Positions 52,676 to 61,436 of a stretch of DNA of 64,000 nucleotides are shown here, one piece after another (the stretch's first letter is position 1; each line of letters starts with the position of its first letter). The notes under the pieces were generated by a model that did not search any database, was not told the DNA's origin, and worked only from the letters and a program-made list of their open reading frames with translations. The translations under genes were made by a program, and so were the position numbers. The stretch comes from an uncultured Gemmatimonadales bacterium (lineage in GTDB: Bacteria; Gemmatimonadota; Gemmatimonadetes; Longimicrobiales; RSA9), in contig CAWCUS010000004.1 of NCBI GenBank assembly GCA_963798845.1, forward strand, positions 224,001 through 288,000, read 5' to 3'.

Positions 52676-53422
52676 ATGCCGCTGGTCACGGTGGACGCCA
52701 CCATCCTCCAGGCCTTTCCGTACAGCGAGACCAGCAAGATCCTGCGGCTCCTGACGCGCACCCACGGGGTCCAGTCCGTGATCGCCAGGGGAGCGCGCCG
52801 CCCGAAGAGCCGTTACGGTGGCGTGCTGGAGCCGTTCACCGACGGGATCGCCTCCTTCTCGCTCCGGCCGAACCGCGACCTCCAGACCCTGACCGAGTTC
52901 GAGCTCCAGCGGCCGCGCCAGAGGCTGGGCCAGGACCTGGTCCGCTTCGGCGGCGCGTCGCTGGTCGCCGAGATCGTGCTGCGAACGGGCAGCGAGCAGC
53001 CGGCGCCAGAGGTGTTCGCGCGCGTCCGTCTGGGTCTCGACTCGCTCCAGTCCTCGCCCTCCGACCGGGTCGAGGCCGAAGCCCTGGCACAGGCGTGGGC
53101 GCTCATCTCGACCATGGGCTTCGCTCCCTTCCTGGACCAATGCGTCGTCTGCGGCGCTCCGCTTCCGCCCGGTGACCTGTTCCTCGATTACGGCGCGGGC
53201 GGAATGTTCTGCGGCGCGTGTGGCGGCGGAGGCGGAGGCGGGCGCGTGCTGCCTGAACGGGCGCGACGGGACCTGAAGCAGCTGTGCGAAGGCAATGCGG
53301 TGCCGCTGGACCACGCGGCCGCGCACTGGCAGCTCCTGTCGCGATTCCTCAGCTACCACCTCGTGGAGCCCGGCTCGCTGCGGTCGCTGGACTTCCTCGC
53401 CGCGGCCCTGGAGGTATCGTGA
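52676..53422 (+). CDS. recO: DNA repair protein RecO
   Basis: YSETSKI, ARGARRPKSR, CxxC...CxxC zinc finger. Confidence 0.92.
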   Translation: MPLVTVDATILQAFPYSETSKILRLLTRTHGVQSVIARGARRPKSRYGGVLEPFTDGIASFSLRPNRDLQTLTEFELQRPRQRLGQDLVRFGGASLVAEIVLRTGSEQPAPEVFARVRLGLDSLQSSPSDRVEAEALAQAWALISTMGFAPFLDQCVVCGAPLPPGDLFLDYGAGGMFCGACGGGGGGGRVLPERARRDLKQLCEGNAVPLDHAAAHWQLLSRFLSYHLVEPGSLRSLDFLAAALEVS

Positions 53423-55308
53423 GCGCCGGCGTCATCGGCACCGCCGGGCACATCGACCACGGGAAGACGGCGCTGGTACGCGCCCTCACGGGAGCCGACA
53501 CCGACCGGCTGCCCGAGGAGAAGCGTCGCGGCATCAGCATCGACCTCGGCTTCACGCACCTCGCCCTGGGCGACGCCGCGTTCGGCGTCGTGGACGTGCC
53601 CGGGCACGAGGACTTCATCCGGAACATGCTGGCCGGGACCACGGGGGTGGACCTGCTGCTCCTGGTCGTGGCCGCGGACGAAGGAGTGATGCCGCAGACG
53701 CGCGAGCACCTCGCCATCGCCGACCTCCTCGAAGTCCCCGCCGCCGTGGTCGCGCTCACGAAGGCCGACCTCGTGGAGCCGGACTGGCTCGAGCTCGCCC
53801 GCGAGGACGTGCGCGAGACACTGGCCGGGACCCGCTTCTCCGATGCGGCGATCGTGGCCACATCGGCGGTCAGCGGCGAGGGCCTGGATTCGCTGCGCGC
53901 GGCCATACTCCGGCACGCGCAGACCGGCCGCGGCGACCCGGACGACCTCTTCCGACTCCCTGTCGACCGCGCCTTCTCCGTTCACGGCACCGGGACCGTC
54001 GTGACCGGCACCGTATGGTCCGGCACGCTCGAATCCGATGGCGCCGTTCGCCTCCTGCCAGGCGAGGCGACGGCCCGGGTGCGAGGGCTCCAGGTGCACG
54101 GAGAAGATGTACGGCGCGTCGCACCGGGGCAGCGCGCGGCCGTGGCGCTCGGCGGTGTGGACCTGGACGAGGTCCATCGAGGCATGACGCTCGTCACCGA
54201 CGACGGCTGGGGCGCTTCGGACCGCCTCGCCGTCCGGCTCCGAGTCCTGGCCGGCGCCGGCTGGGCGATCGAGGACCGCCAGCGGGTGCGTGTCCACCTC
54301 GGCACCGGTGAGACAATGGCGCGCGTGCTGCTCGACAAGGCGCGTCAGGTCGAGCCCGGTGATACCGCGTTCGCCCAGCTCCGCCTCGAATCGCCCATCG
54401 TGGCCCGGACCCGGGACCGCCTGGTCATACGCTCGTATTCGCCCGTGACTACCGTCGCGGGCGCGACCGTGGTCGATCCCGAGGCGCCCCGCCGCCGCCC
54501 CCGCGAGGCCGACCTCGCGCTCTACGAGGTCCTCCTGCGGCGGGAGCCGGAGCCGGTGGTGCGCGCGCTGCTGCGCCGCGGGGGCACGTCCGGTGTCGCG
54601 CTCGCGGCCCTCCCCCTGGCCACGGGGCTTGCGCCGTCGGCGGTGCGCGCGGGGCTGGACGCGGCGAACGCAGTCGTGGTCCGCGACCGCTGCTTCGACC
54701 CCGCGGCGGTGGAGGAGGTGCACGCGAGCGCGCTGCAGGCTCTCGAACGGTACCACCGGGAACATCCGCTCCGTCCGGGGATGGACCCCGCCGAGCTCAG
54801 GCGAGAGGCGGTCGCCGACACGGGCGGGAGCGTGGCGCCGGCGCTGCTGGAGCGCGTCCTCGATTCGCTCACGGCGGACGGGGAGGCGGTGTCGCGCGCC
54901 GGGCGGATCGCCCGCGCGGGACACGAGCCCGTGCTCAACGGGAAGCAGCGGGCGGTCCGGGACAGGATCGCCAATGCGGTCCGGGCGGCCGGCGTCGCCC
55001 TGGCGCCGCTGGAAGAGGTGCGGGCGGCCGTCGGCGACGCCTCCGAGCTCGACGACCTGCTGGCGCTGCTGTGCGCGGAAGGGACGCTCGTGAAGGTCGA
55101 CCACGAGCGTTTCGCAGATGCCGGGGCGTTGCAGGCGCTGACAAGGGAGCTCCGCGAGGCCCTCGGCGGAAGGGACGGGCTGTCGCCCGCGGATTTCCGA
55201 GACGTGGCCCGAGTCTCGCGGAAAAGCCTGATCCCGCTCCTCGAGTATCTGGATCGGGTGGGTGTGACGGTTCGCACGGCCAGCGGGAGGCGCATCGCAG
55301 AGTCTTGA
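53419..55308 (+). CDS. selB: Selenocysteine-specific elongation factor
   Basis: GTAGHIDHGKT, EEKRRGISIDLGF, DVPGHE, C-terminal winged helix SRK..IPLLEYLD. Confidence 0.95.
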   Translation: MSAGVIGTAGHIDHGKTALVRALTGADTDRLPEEKRRGISIDLGFTHLALGDAAFGVVDVPGHEDFIRNMLAGTTGVDLLLLVVAADEGVMPQTREHLAIADLLEVPAAVVALTKADLVEPDWLELAREDVRETLAGTRFSDAAIVATSAVSGEGLDSLRAAILRHAQTGRGDPDDLFRLPVDRAFSVHGTGTVVTGTVWSGTLESDGAVRLLPGEATARVRGLQVHGEDVRRVAPGQRAAVALGGVDLDEVHRGMTLVTDDGWGASDRLAVRLRVLAGAGWAIEDRQRVRVHLGTGETMARVLLDKARQVEPGDTAFAQLRLESPIVARTRDRLVIRSYSPVTTVAGATVVDPEAPRRRPREADLALYEVLLRREPEPVVRALLRRGGTSGVALAALPLATGLAPSAVRAGLDAANAVVVRDRCFDPAAVEEVHASALQALERYHREHPLRPGMDPAELRREAVADTGGSVAPALLERVLDSLTADGEAVSRAGRIARAGHEPVLNGKQRAVRDRIANAVRAAGVALAPLEEVRAAVGDASELDDLLALLCAEGTLVKVDHERFADAGALQALTRELREALGGRDGLSPADFRDVARVSRKSLIPLLEYLDRVGVTVRTASGRRIAES

Positions 55309-55334
55309 CCGGGCGCACCCGCGGCGTCTACTAT
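55305..55334 (+). promoter_or_regulatory. Putative sigma70 promoter
   Basis: TTGACC-N18-TACTAT; the -35 box contains the selB stop codon. Confidence 0.5.
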
Positions 55335-55420
55335 ATCAGCGAACCCACGGCATTGTTCTGTCGTTCTGGAGGGTTATCGAAAACTCTGCTACTGCACAGT
55401 CGGATCGTGCGGAGGGGACC

Positions 55421-55873
55421 ATGAAGCGCCGCATTTTTGTCGGCGTTCTCTTCCTGTCGGTCCTCGCCTTCAAGCCCGTGTCACTGACGGCGCAGGACCC
55501 CAGGGGCGACGCGTCAGCCCGTACCGCGGAGTCCGGGTTCGTACTCCAGCAGAACTATCCGAACCCGTTCAATCCGACGACGCGAATCCCGTTTCGACTG
55601 GATCCCACCCTTTTCGACGGGGGGCATTCGGTCACGGTCACCATGGCGGTGTACAACGTGCTCCAGCAGCTCGTTGCATACCCCACCGCCCTGGACCATC
55701 CGGACGGGAACGGCGTCCAGGTACGACAGCTGACCTACGAAACACCAGGCCAGAAGGAAGCGTTCTGGGACGGCCACGACCTCAACGGTCGTCAGGTCGC
55801 GTCAGGGATCTATTACGTCCAGCTGATCGTGAACGGTCGGCGGCAGATCATGAAGATGATCGTCGCCAAGTAG
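55421..55873 (+). CDS. Small secreted protein consisting of a T9SS-CTD/FlgD-Ig-like domain
   Basis: RBS GGAGG, signal peptide, QNYPNPFNP, VYN, WDG...VASGIYY, terminal KMIVAK. Confidence 0.8.
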   Translation: MKRRIFVGVLFLSVLAFKPVSLTAQDPRGDASARTAESGFVLQQNYPNPFNPTTRIPFRLDPTLFDGGHSVTVTMAVYNVLQQLVAYPTALDHPDGNGVQVRQLTYETPGQKEAFWDGHDLNGRQVASGIYYVQLIVNGRRQIMKMIVAK

Positions 55874-55895
55874 CGGTCCGGCTGCGTGCGGAACA

Positions 55896-55932
55896 AAGGC
55901 GCCCACCCCCTGCGGCCGGTGGTGGGCGCCTT
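55896..55932. terminator. Hairpin between convergent genes
   Basis: AAGGCGCCCACC...GGTGGGCGCCTT 12-bp stem; short T/A runs on both sides. Confidence 0.6.
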
Positions 55933-55941
55933 CGCATGTCC

Positions 55942-55971
55942 TCCGGCATCGCGCCGCGGCGCGATGCCGGA
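55942..55971. repeat. 30-bp perfect palindrome
   Basis: TCCGGCATCGCGCCG|CGGCGCGATGCCGGA. Confidence 0.85.
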
Positions 55972-55989
55972 TCGGCCGGGGGTCGCGCC

Positions 55990-56349
55990 TCAGGTCACGA
56001 AGTAGAGGAAGCGGCCGCAGTGGTCGCAGGTGCCCAGTCGCTCGCGCTCACCGGGGTCGGATGCCACAGCCGTGGCCACCGAGACGAAACAGCCGTAGCA
56101 GGTGCCGTTGATGGCGGGGACCACGGTCCTGCTGATCCCGGCGGAGAGGCGCGTGTACCGCTTGCGCACCTGGGGGTCGAGCTCGCCCTCGAGCTCCACC
56201 ACCTTCTCGTGGAGGGATGCGATGGCGGTTTCGGGGTCCAGGTTGAACTCCTCTTCCTGCACCTGCCGCTCGCTCGCGCCCTCGGCCAGCTCTCGCTGCT
56301 GCGCCTTCAAGTCCTGGATCTGGAGCAGGATCTCCAGCTGGGGATGCAT
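55990..56349 (-). CDS. C4 zinc-ribbon protein (short DUF164/zf-RING_7-like)
   Basis: Short coiled coil, Y.RL, CYGC...CDHCGRFLY. Confidence 0.8.
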   Translation of the reverse strand: MHPQLEILLQIQDLKAQQRELAEGASERQVQEEEFNLDPETAIASLHEKVVELEGELDPQVRKRYTRLSAGISRTVVPAINGTCYGCFVSVATAVASDPGERERLGTCDHCGRFLYFVT

Positions 56350-56357
56350 CGCAACTC

Positions 56358-56810
56358 CTAGATGGCCTTCCGTTCGAGGAGGGCGAGGAAGTCGTCCGCG
56401 CTCTTCAGCTCGCCGAGCCGCTCCGGCACGTCCTGCTCCTTTGCGAACTGCGCGATCTTGCCGAGGACCGGGAGGTACTGGTTGCTGACTTCCAGCGGCG
56501 GCGCGACGATCAGGAAGAAGCTGTAGACCGGCTTGTCGTCGATCGCCTTGTAGTCGACGCCGTCGGGCTTGCGCCCGAAGGCGATCCGCAGACGGTTGAC
56601 CACCAGCGATCGGCAGTGAGGGATGGCGATGCCGTGGCCGATCCCGGTGGAGCCGAGATTCTCCCGACGCTTCAGCATCTTGAAGAGGATCCCCTCGCTC
56701 TTCTCGTCCAGCTCGAGCAGTGCGATCAGCTCCTTGAGGATCTCGTCCTTGGTCTCCCCCTTCAGATCGAGGTCGACCACACTTCTATCGAAAAACTCAC
56801 GCAGTATCAT
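56358..56810 (-). CDS. PTS EIIA, Ntr/fructose type
   Basis: RENLGSTGIGHGIAIPH motif. Confidence 0.9.
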   Translation of the reverse strand: MILREFFDRSVVDLDLKGETKDEILKELIALLELDEKSEGILFKMLKRRENLGSTGIGHGIAIPHCRSLVVNRLRIAFGRKPDGVDYKAIDDKPVYSFFLIVAPPLEVSNQYLPVLGKIAQFAKEQDVPERLGELKSADDFLALLERKAI

Positions 56811-56925
56811 CTATGTCTCCTGTCCCGCACGTGGAGCGCGGAAAGATAAGGACGCGCAGAAACGGTGTCAAAACGGCAACTTAGCCCGATTGAACGGCTC
56901 CCTGACCGCCGTTAGATTCTCGCCC

Positions 56926-57978
56926 ATGCACGATCCTGTCGTCGCGATCTTCCGCGCGCCCACACCGCTGTTCCTGGCGCCCCAGGCGGGTGTCAGCGAA
57001 TCGCCGTTCCGGCGCCTGTGCCGTCGGTTCGGCGCAGACGTGGTGGTGAGCGAGTTCGTCAGCGCGGAGGCCTTGCGGCGGGGGAGCGAGCGCACGCACG
57101 AATACCTGCGCTTCCACGAGGTCGAGCGCCCGATCGGCGTCCAGATCTTCGGGGCCGACCCCGGGGCGATGGCGGAGGCCGCGGCGCTGGTGGAGGAGGC
57201 CTACGCCCCCGATTTCCTGGACATCAACTTCGGATGTCCGGTCAAGAAGGTGGTGCGGCGGAATGGCGGGTCAGGGTGCCTGCGGGACCTCGGCCTGGTC
57301 GAGTCGATCATCCGGGCCGTGGCGGGAGCGATCCGTGCGCCGACCACGGTGAAGATCCGGAGCGGGTGGAGCGAGGAGATGCGGGACCCGGTGGGAATCG
57401 CCCGCCGCTGCGAGGACGCCGGCGCCCGCGTCATCACCCTGCACGCCCGGACGCGCACGCAGATGTACGGTGGAGAGGCGGACTGGCGCGAGATCGCGGC
57501 GGTGGTGGAGGCTGTGGACGTCCCGGTGGTGGGGAACGGCGACGTGCGAAGCGGCCAGGACGCGGTGCGGATGCGGGACGAGACGGGGTGCGCAGGGATC
57601 ATGATCGCCCGTGCGTCACACGGCAGGCCGTGGATCTTCCGGGAGTGCCGGGCGGCGCTGGACGGGCAGCCGATCCCCGACGGGCCGGACGTGGCGGAGC
57701 GGTTCGCCATCGTGCTCGAGCACGCGCGCAACGCCATCGCCTTCGAGCACGACGAGGAGCGGGCCATGATCGAGTTCCGGAAGCACCTGGGCTGGTACAC
57801 CAGGGGACTTCCGGACGGCCGGTCGCTGCGCCAGGAGCTGTTCCAGGTGCGCTCGCTACGGGAGGTGGAGGAGCGGCTGTCGGGGTACGCGGAGGCGGCG
57901 CAGGAGGCGCAGCACGACGGCGGCATTGCCGGCAGCACGGCAGCGGGCGCGGCCGAGCGGGTGGCGGTGCCGGCGTGA
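56926..57978 (+). CDS. dusB: tRNA-dihydrouridine synthase
   Basis: LAPQAG, QIFG, DINFGCP, TVKIRSG, HART, GNGD. Confidence 0.92.
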   Translation: MHDPVVAIFRAPTPLFLAPQAGVSESPFRRLCRRFGADVVVSEFVSAEALRRGSERTHEYLRFHEVERPIGVQIFGADPGAMAEAAALVEEAYAPDFLDINFGCPVKKVVRRNGGSGCLRDLGLVESIIRAVAGAIRAPTTVKIRSGWSEEMRDPVGIARRCEDAGARVITLHARTRTQMYGGEADWREIAAVVEAVDVPVVGNGDVRSGQDAVRMRDETGCAGIMIARASHGRPWIFRECRAALDGQPIPDGPDVAERFAIVLEHARNAIAFEHDEERAMIEFRKHLGWYTRGLPDGRSLRQELFQVRSLREVEERLSGYAEAAQEAQHDGGIAGSTAAGAAERVAVPA

Positions 57979-58772
57979 GGGGTCGCATCCTGGAGCTGCT
58001 GGCGCGCGTCGCCGCGGGAGAGGAGACGCCATCTTCGGCGCTGGAGCGTCTCTCGCTCCTGCCGATCGAGGAAGTCGACGGCGGTCCGGGCGACGGATCC
58101 GAGGTCCACCCCTTCGCCCGCCTCGACCACAACCGGGCGCTCCGGCAGGGGCAGCCGGAAGTGGTGTTCGGACCGGGGAAGACGATGCCCCAGCTCCTGG
58201 AGATCGCGCACAGGTTCGTGGATCGAGGCGACGGGCTGCTGGTCACGCGCCTCGAGGAGCCCGGCCTCCGTGCCCTCGCCGGAGCATTCCCCGAAGGCCG
58301 CGCCAGCGCCATCGCCCGCACGTTCCACGTCCCCACCGCCAACCCCACGAAGCCGCGCACCAGGGGGCCCGTCCTGGTGGTCACCGGCGGGACGGGCGAC
58401 ATCCCGGTGGCCGAGGAGGCCGCGGTCACCGCCGCCGCGCTGGGCAATCCGGTGGACCGGCTGTACGACGTCGGCGTCGCCGGGATCCACCGCGTCCTCT
58501 CTCACCTGGAGGTGCTGCGCCGGGCGGCGGTCGTGATCGTGGTGGCCGGTATGGAAGGCGCGCTGCCCTCGGTGGTGGGCGGCCTCGTCGCCAGCCCGGT
58601 GATCGCCGTCCCCACCAGCGTGGGCTACGGCGCCTCCTTCGGGGGTCTCGCGCCGCTCCTCGGCATGCTCAACAGCTGCGCCGCGGGTATCACCGTGGTC
58701 AACATCGACAACGGCTTCGGCGCCGCGTGCGCCGCCAGCCGCATCAACCTGCTGCCAGAGCGCGAGGCGTGA
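57975..58772 (+). CDS. larB: Nickel-pincer cofactor biosynthesis protein LarB (PurE-like)
   Basis: LDHNR..R.G.PEVVF..GK, DVGVAG, AGMEGALPSV, PTSVGYG, VNIDNGFGA. Confidence 0.92.
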   Translation: MRGRILELLARVAAGEETPSSALERLSLLPIEEVDGGPGDGSEVHPFARLDHNRALRQGQPEVVFGPGKTMPQLLEIAHRFVDRGDGLLVTRLEEPGLRALAGAFPEGRASAIARTFHVPTANPTKPRTRGPVLVVTGGTGDIPVAEEAAVTAAALGNPVDRLYDVGVAGIHRVLSHLEVLRRAAVVIVVAGMEGALPSVVGGLVASPVIAVPTSVGYGASFGGLAPLLGMLNSCAAGITVVNIDNGFGAACAASRINLLPEREA

Positions 58773-60505
58773 GCAGGCGCCGACCGCCGCGCGCCGCCGG
58801 CCGAACGCTCGCCCTGGCGCTCCGCATCGCAATCGTGGCCGCCGTCGTTGCCGTGGTCATGGGCCTGGGCGGGTGGGGCTCGCTCGCGTACCTCGCCACA
58901 GGCTTCGCAGGCGGCGTGCTCCTGGCTCCGCGCATCCGACGGTGGTCGGGTGTGGAGGCCGCGCGGGCCGACCCGACCGGAAGGCCGGAAGAGGGGACCG
59001 CGAGCGGCACGGGATGCGGCGCGCCGGAAGCGCGGACGGCAATGACCGACGCCCTTTCACTCGTGGCCACCCTGACAGGAGCGAGTCGCGTGGTGGTCTG
59101 GCGGCTCGAACCGTCGGCCGGGACGCTCGATCCCATCGCGGCCACCGGGGTCGCGCCCGCCTCCCGGCCGGCGGCCGCCGACCCGCTCACGTGGTGCATC
59201 GCGAACGCCCAGCCGCTGCGCGTCGACAGGCGCCCGGCCTGGGCGGAGCAGGACGTGGTGGCAGTCCCGGCGGACGCGGCGAGATCGCTCGCGGTCACCT
59301 TCGAGGGCGCCATGCCGGCCGGAGCGGGAAAGGCGGAGCCCGGGGACCCGGCGGACCGGGGTGGAGAGGTCGCGTCGGGCCGGGAGACCGCGGCCGTGGG
59401 GGTCCCGCGGGAGCTGGTGGTCGCGGCGCGGCTGTTGGGGCGGATGGCGGCCGCGGACGCCCGCGAGGCCGCGGTGGCCGCGGACCTCGAGCGCGTCCAG
59501 CTGGTGCTCGGCCTGATGCAGCGCATCCCGGGCGACGACGCGCCGGGCGGGTTCGCGGAAGCCCTCGCCCGCGTCGCCCAGCGGGTCCTCGAAGCCCGCG
59601 TCGCCGTGATCGCCTCGTGGAACGAGGATGCACAGGCGGGGGAGGTGCTGGCGTCCTCGTCGCCCGGCGAAGGCCCGCCGCCGGAGATGCCGTTCCGCGC
59701 CGACACGGGGCTGCTCGGACTTGCCGCCCGCTCGGGCGCCGCTATGCAGCGGGAAGGCGAGGGCGCGGCGGGGGCGACACTGGCGGGGGAGTCCGCACCG
59801 GCGCACCCCAGCTGCGTCGTCGCGGTGCCGCTGGCGTTCGCTGGACACGTGCAGGCCGTCGTGGGGGCTTGGTCCGATGCGGCTCCGAGCCGGACCGGGG
59901 TCCAGCTGCTCCAGGCCCTCGGCCCCGTCCTCACCGTGCAGCTGCACCAGGCCGCGGACCTGGACCGCTTCCGCCTCCGCGCCACCGAGGATCCCCTCAC
60001 CCGGCTGCCGAATCGCGGCGCGCTGGAGGAGCGCCTCGAACTCGAGCGCCAGCGCTTCTTCCGCTACCGCCGTCCGCTCGCCGCCCTGATCCTCGACCTC
60101 GACCACTTCAAAGGCGTCAACGACACCCACGGCCACGCCGCCGGGGACGCCGTGCTGCGCGCCGTCGCAGACCGGCTCCGGGCCACGATACGGGATGTCG
60201 ATTTCCCCGCCCGCGTGGGCGGCGAGGAGCTCGTCGTCCTCCTGCCGGAAACCATGCTCGGACACGCGGGCGAGGTGGCCGAGCGCGTCCGCGCCGCCGT
60301 CGCCCGGACGCCAGTCTGGTTCGAAGGGACAGCGATCGCCGTGACGGCGTCCGTCGGCGTGAGCGCGTGCCCCGAATGCGTGGACACGCCCGACGCGCTG
60401 CTGGACAGCGCAGACCACGCGCTCTACGTGTCCAAGGCCGGCGGCCGGAACCGCGTCACCCTCGCCGGTGCGGGTGCGGCGGCGGGGCAGGGGCCGGGGG
60501 GTTGA
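58769..60505 (+). CDS. Membrane-anchored diguanylate cyclase with GAF-like sensor region
   Basis: Two N-terminal TMs, DPLTRLPNR, DLDHFK.VND.HGH..GD, RxxD I-site, GGEEL. Confidence 0.88.
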   Translation: MSRRRPPRAAGRTLALALRIAIVAAVVAVVMGLGGWGSLAYLATGFAGGVLLAPRIRRWSGVEAARADPTGRPEEGTASGTGCGAPEARTAMTDALSLVATLTGASRVVVWRLEPSAGTLDPIAATGVAPASRPAAADPLTWCIANAQPLRVDRRPAWAEQDVVAVPADAARSLAVTFEGAMPAGAGKAEPGDPADRGGEVASGRETAAVGVPRELVVAARLLGRMAAADAREAAVAADLERVQLVLGLMQRIPGDDAPGGFAEALARVAQRVLEARVAVIASWNEDAQAGEVLASSSPGEGPPPEMPFRADTGLLGLAARSGAAMQREGEGAAGATLAGESAPAHPSCVVAVPLAFAGHVQAVVGAWSDAAPSRTGVQLLQALGPVLTVQLHQAADLDRFRLRATEDPLTRLPNRGALEERLELERQRFFRYRRPLAALILDLDHFKGVNDTHGHAAGDAVLRAVADRLRATIRDVDFPARVGGEELVVLLPETMLGHAGEVAERVRAAVARTPVWFEGTAIAVTASVGVSACPECVDTPDALLDSADHALYVSKAGGRNRVTLAGAGAAAGQGPGG

Positions 60506-60530
60506 ATCCCTGGAGACCCTTCGCTATACT
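60502..60530 (+). promoter_or_regulatory. Sigma70 promoter of ssrA
   Basis: TTGAAT-N17-TATACT, 10 nt upstream of the tmRNA 5' end. Confidence 0.75.
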
Positions 60531-60540
60531 TTCGGTGTCC

Positions 60541-60904
60541 GGGGCCGACACGGATTCGACGTGCTTAGTGAATTCGGCGTTGCGTGCCGAGGTTTCCGTC
60601 ACCTCGTAAAACAGCGGAAAAACACCACAAGTGCCAACGATAACCTGGCGCTGGCTGCGTAAGTAAACCTTACGTGCCCGTCTGGAGCAGGGACCCGGCC
60701 CGAGGTCCAGCTTTCAGGCGACGATTGAATCGGGCTGGCTATCCGGCGAGGCCACCGCGCCGGGAGCGAGAACTCAGAGTGGCTGGCTCGTGAACGGCCG
60801 TCCGTCGTGCCAATGATCGAGTGAGAAAACAACAAGGCGGACTACGCACGTAGAGGCGCTGAGGGATCTATTCGCGGACGCGGGTTCGACTCCCGCCGGC
60901 TCCA
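60541..60904 (+). ncRNA. ssrA: tmRNA
   Basis: 5' GGGGCCG pairs with 3' CGGCTCC-A (G3-U pair). GGATTCGAC near the 5' end, T-arm GCGGGTTCGACTCCCGC, tag ORF ANDNLALAA* at 60633-60662. CCA is not encoded. Confidence 0.97.
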
Positions 60905-61308
60905 TGCACAGGGCGCGGTCGGGCAACCTGTCAGAGGCCTTCGTACATCTCTGCGGGGCATGGGCGGGAGTCGGCCTCCGCTTGCCGTTACGTGCGCCCG
61001 CTTCGCTCTACGGATCATCTGGCGCTCCGGTTCGACTCCCGCCGGCTCCATGCACAGGCCTCTGATCGGGCAACCGGTCAGAGGCCGTCGTACATCTGTG
61101 CAGGGCATGGGCGGGAGTCGGCCTCCGCTTGCCGTTACGTGCGCCCGCTTCGCTCTCGAGATCATCGGGCGCTCCGGCTCGACTCCGCACACGGGCGGGC
61201 GCCGACACGCCGGAGGGCATCGGCCCGGACCTCGATGCATGGGCATGACGGGGCGGGAGTCGGCCTCTTGCTGGGTAGGCCGCGCTCCGGTTCCTACCCC
61301 GCCGGTTC
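60883..61308 (+). repeat. tmRNA-3'-linked tandem repeat array: two near-identical units (146 and 147 bp) plus two degenerate unit starts
   Basis: Units start at 60883, 61029, 61176 and 61289. Identical 30-nt block at 60883-60912 and 61029-61058; identical 54-nt block at 60956-61009 and 61103-61156. Confidence 0.9.
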
Positions 61309-61436
61309 ATCGCGCGAGCACGGATCGGGCTCGACCCGCGATGGCGGAGGGTCGGCGGCGGGAGCTTTGGGTGCGACCGGGGGCTACGGCTCGTGGGGGG
61401 AGTCGGGCTCGGCCTCGGAGAACGGGCCCTGCTGTC

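Noticed and set aside
60883..61308. CRISPR array
   Set aside because: The inter-repeat sequences are themselves near-identical, the period is ~146 bp, the repeat is the tmRNA 3' end, and no cas genes are present.
60468..61310. ORFs 60468-60662, 60599-60835, 60842-61246, 61008-61310 and the 5' parts of 60960/60992
   Set aside because: They overlap tmRNA and its repeats; only the ANDNLALAA tag frame is meaningful.
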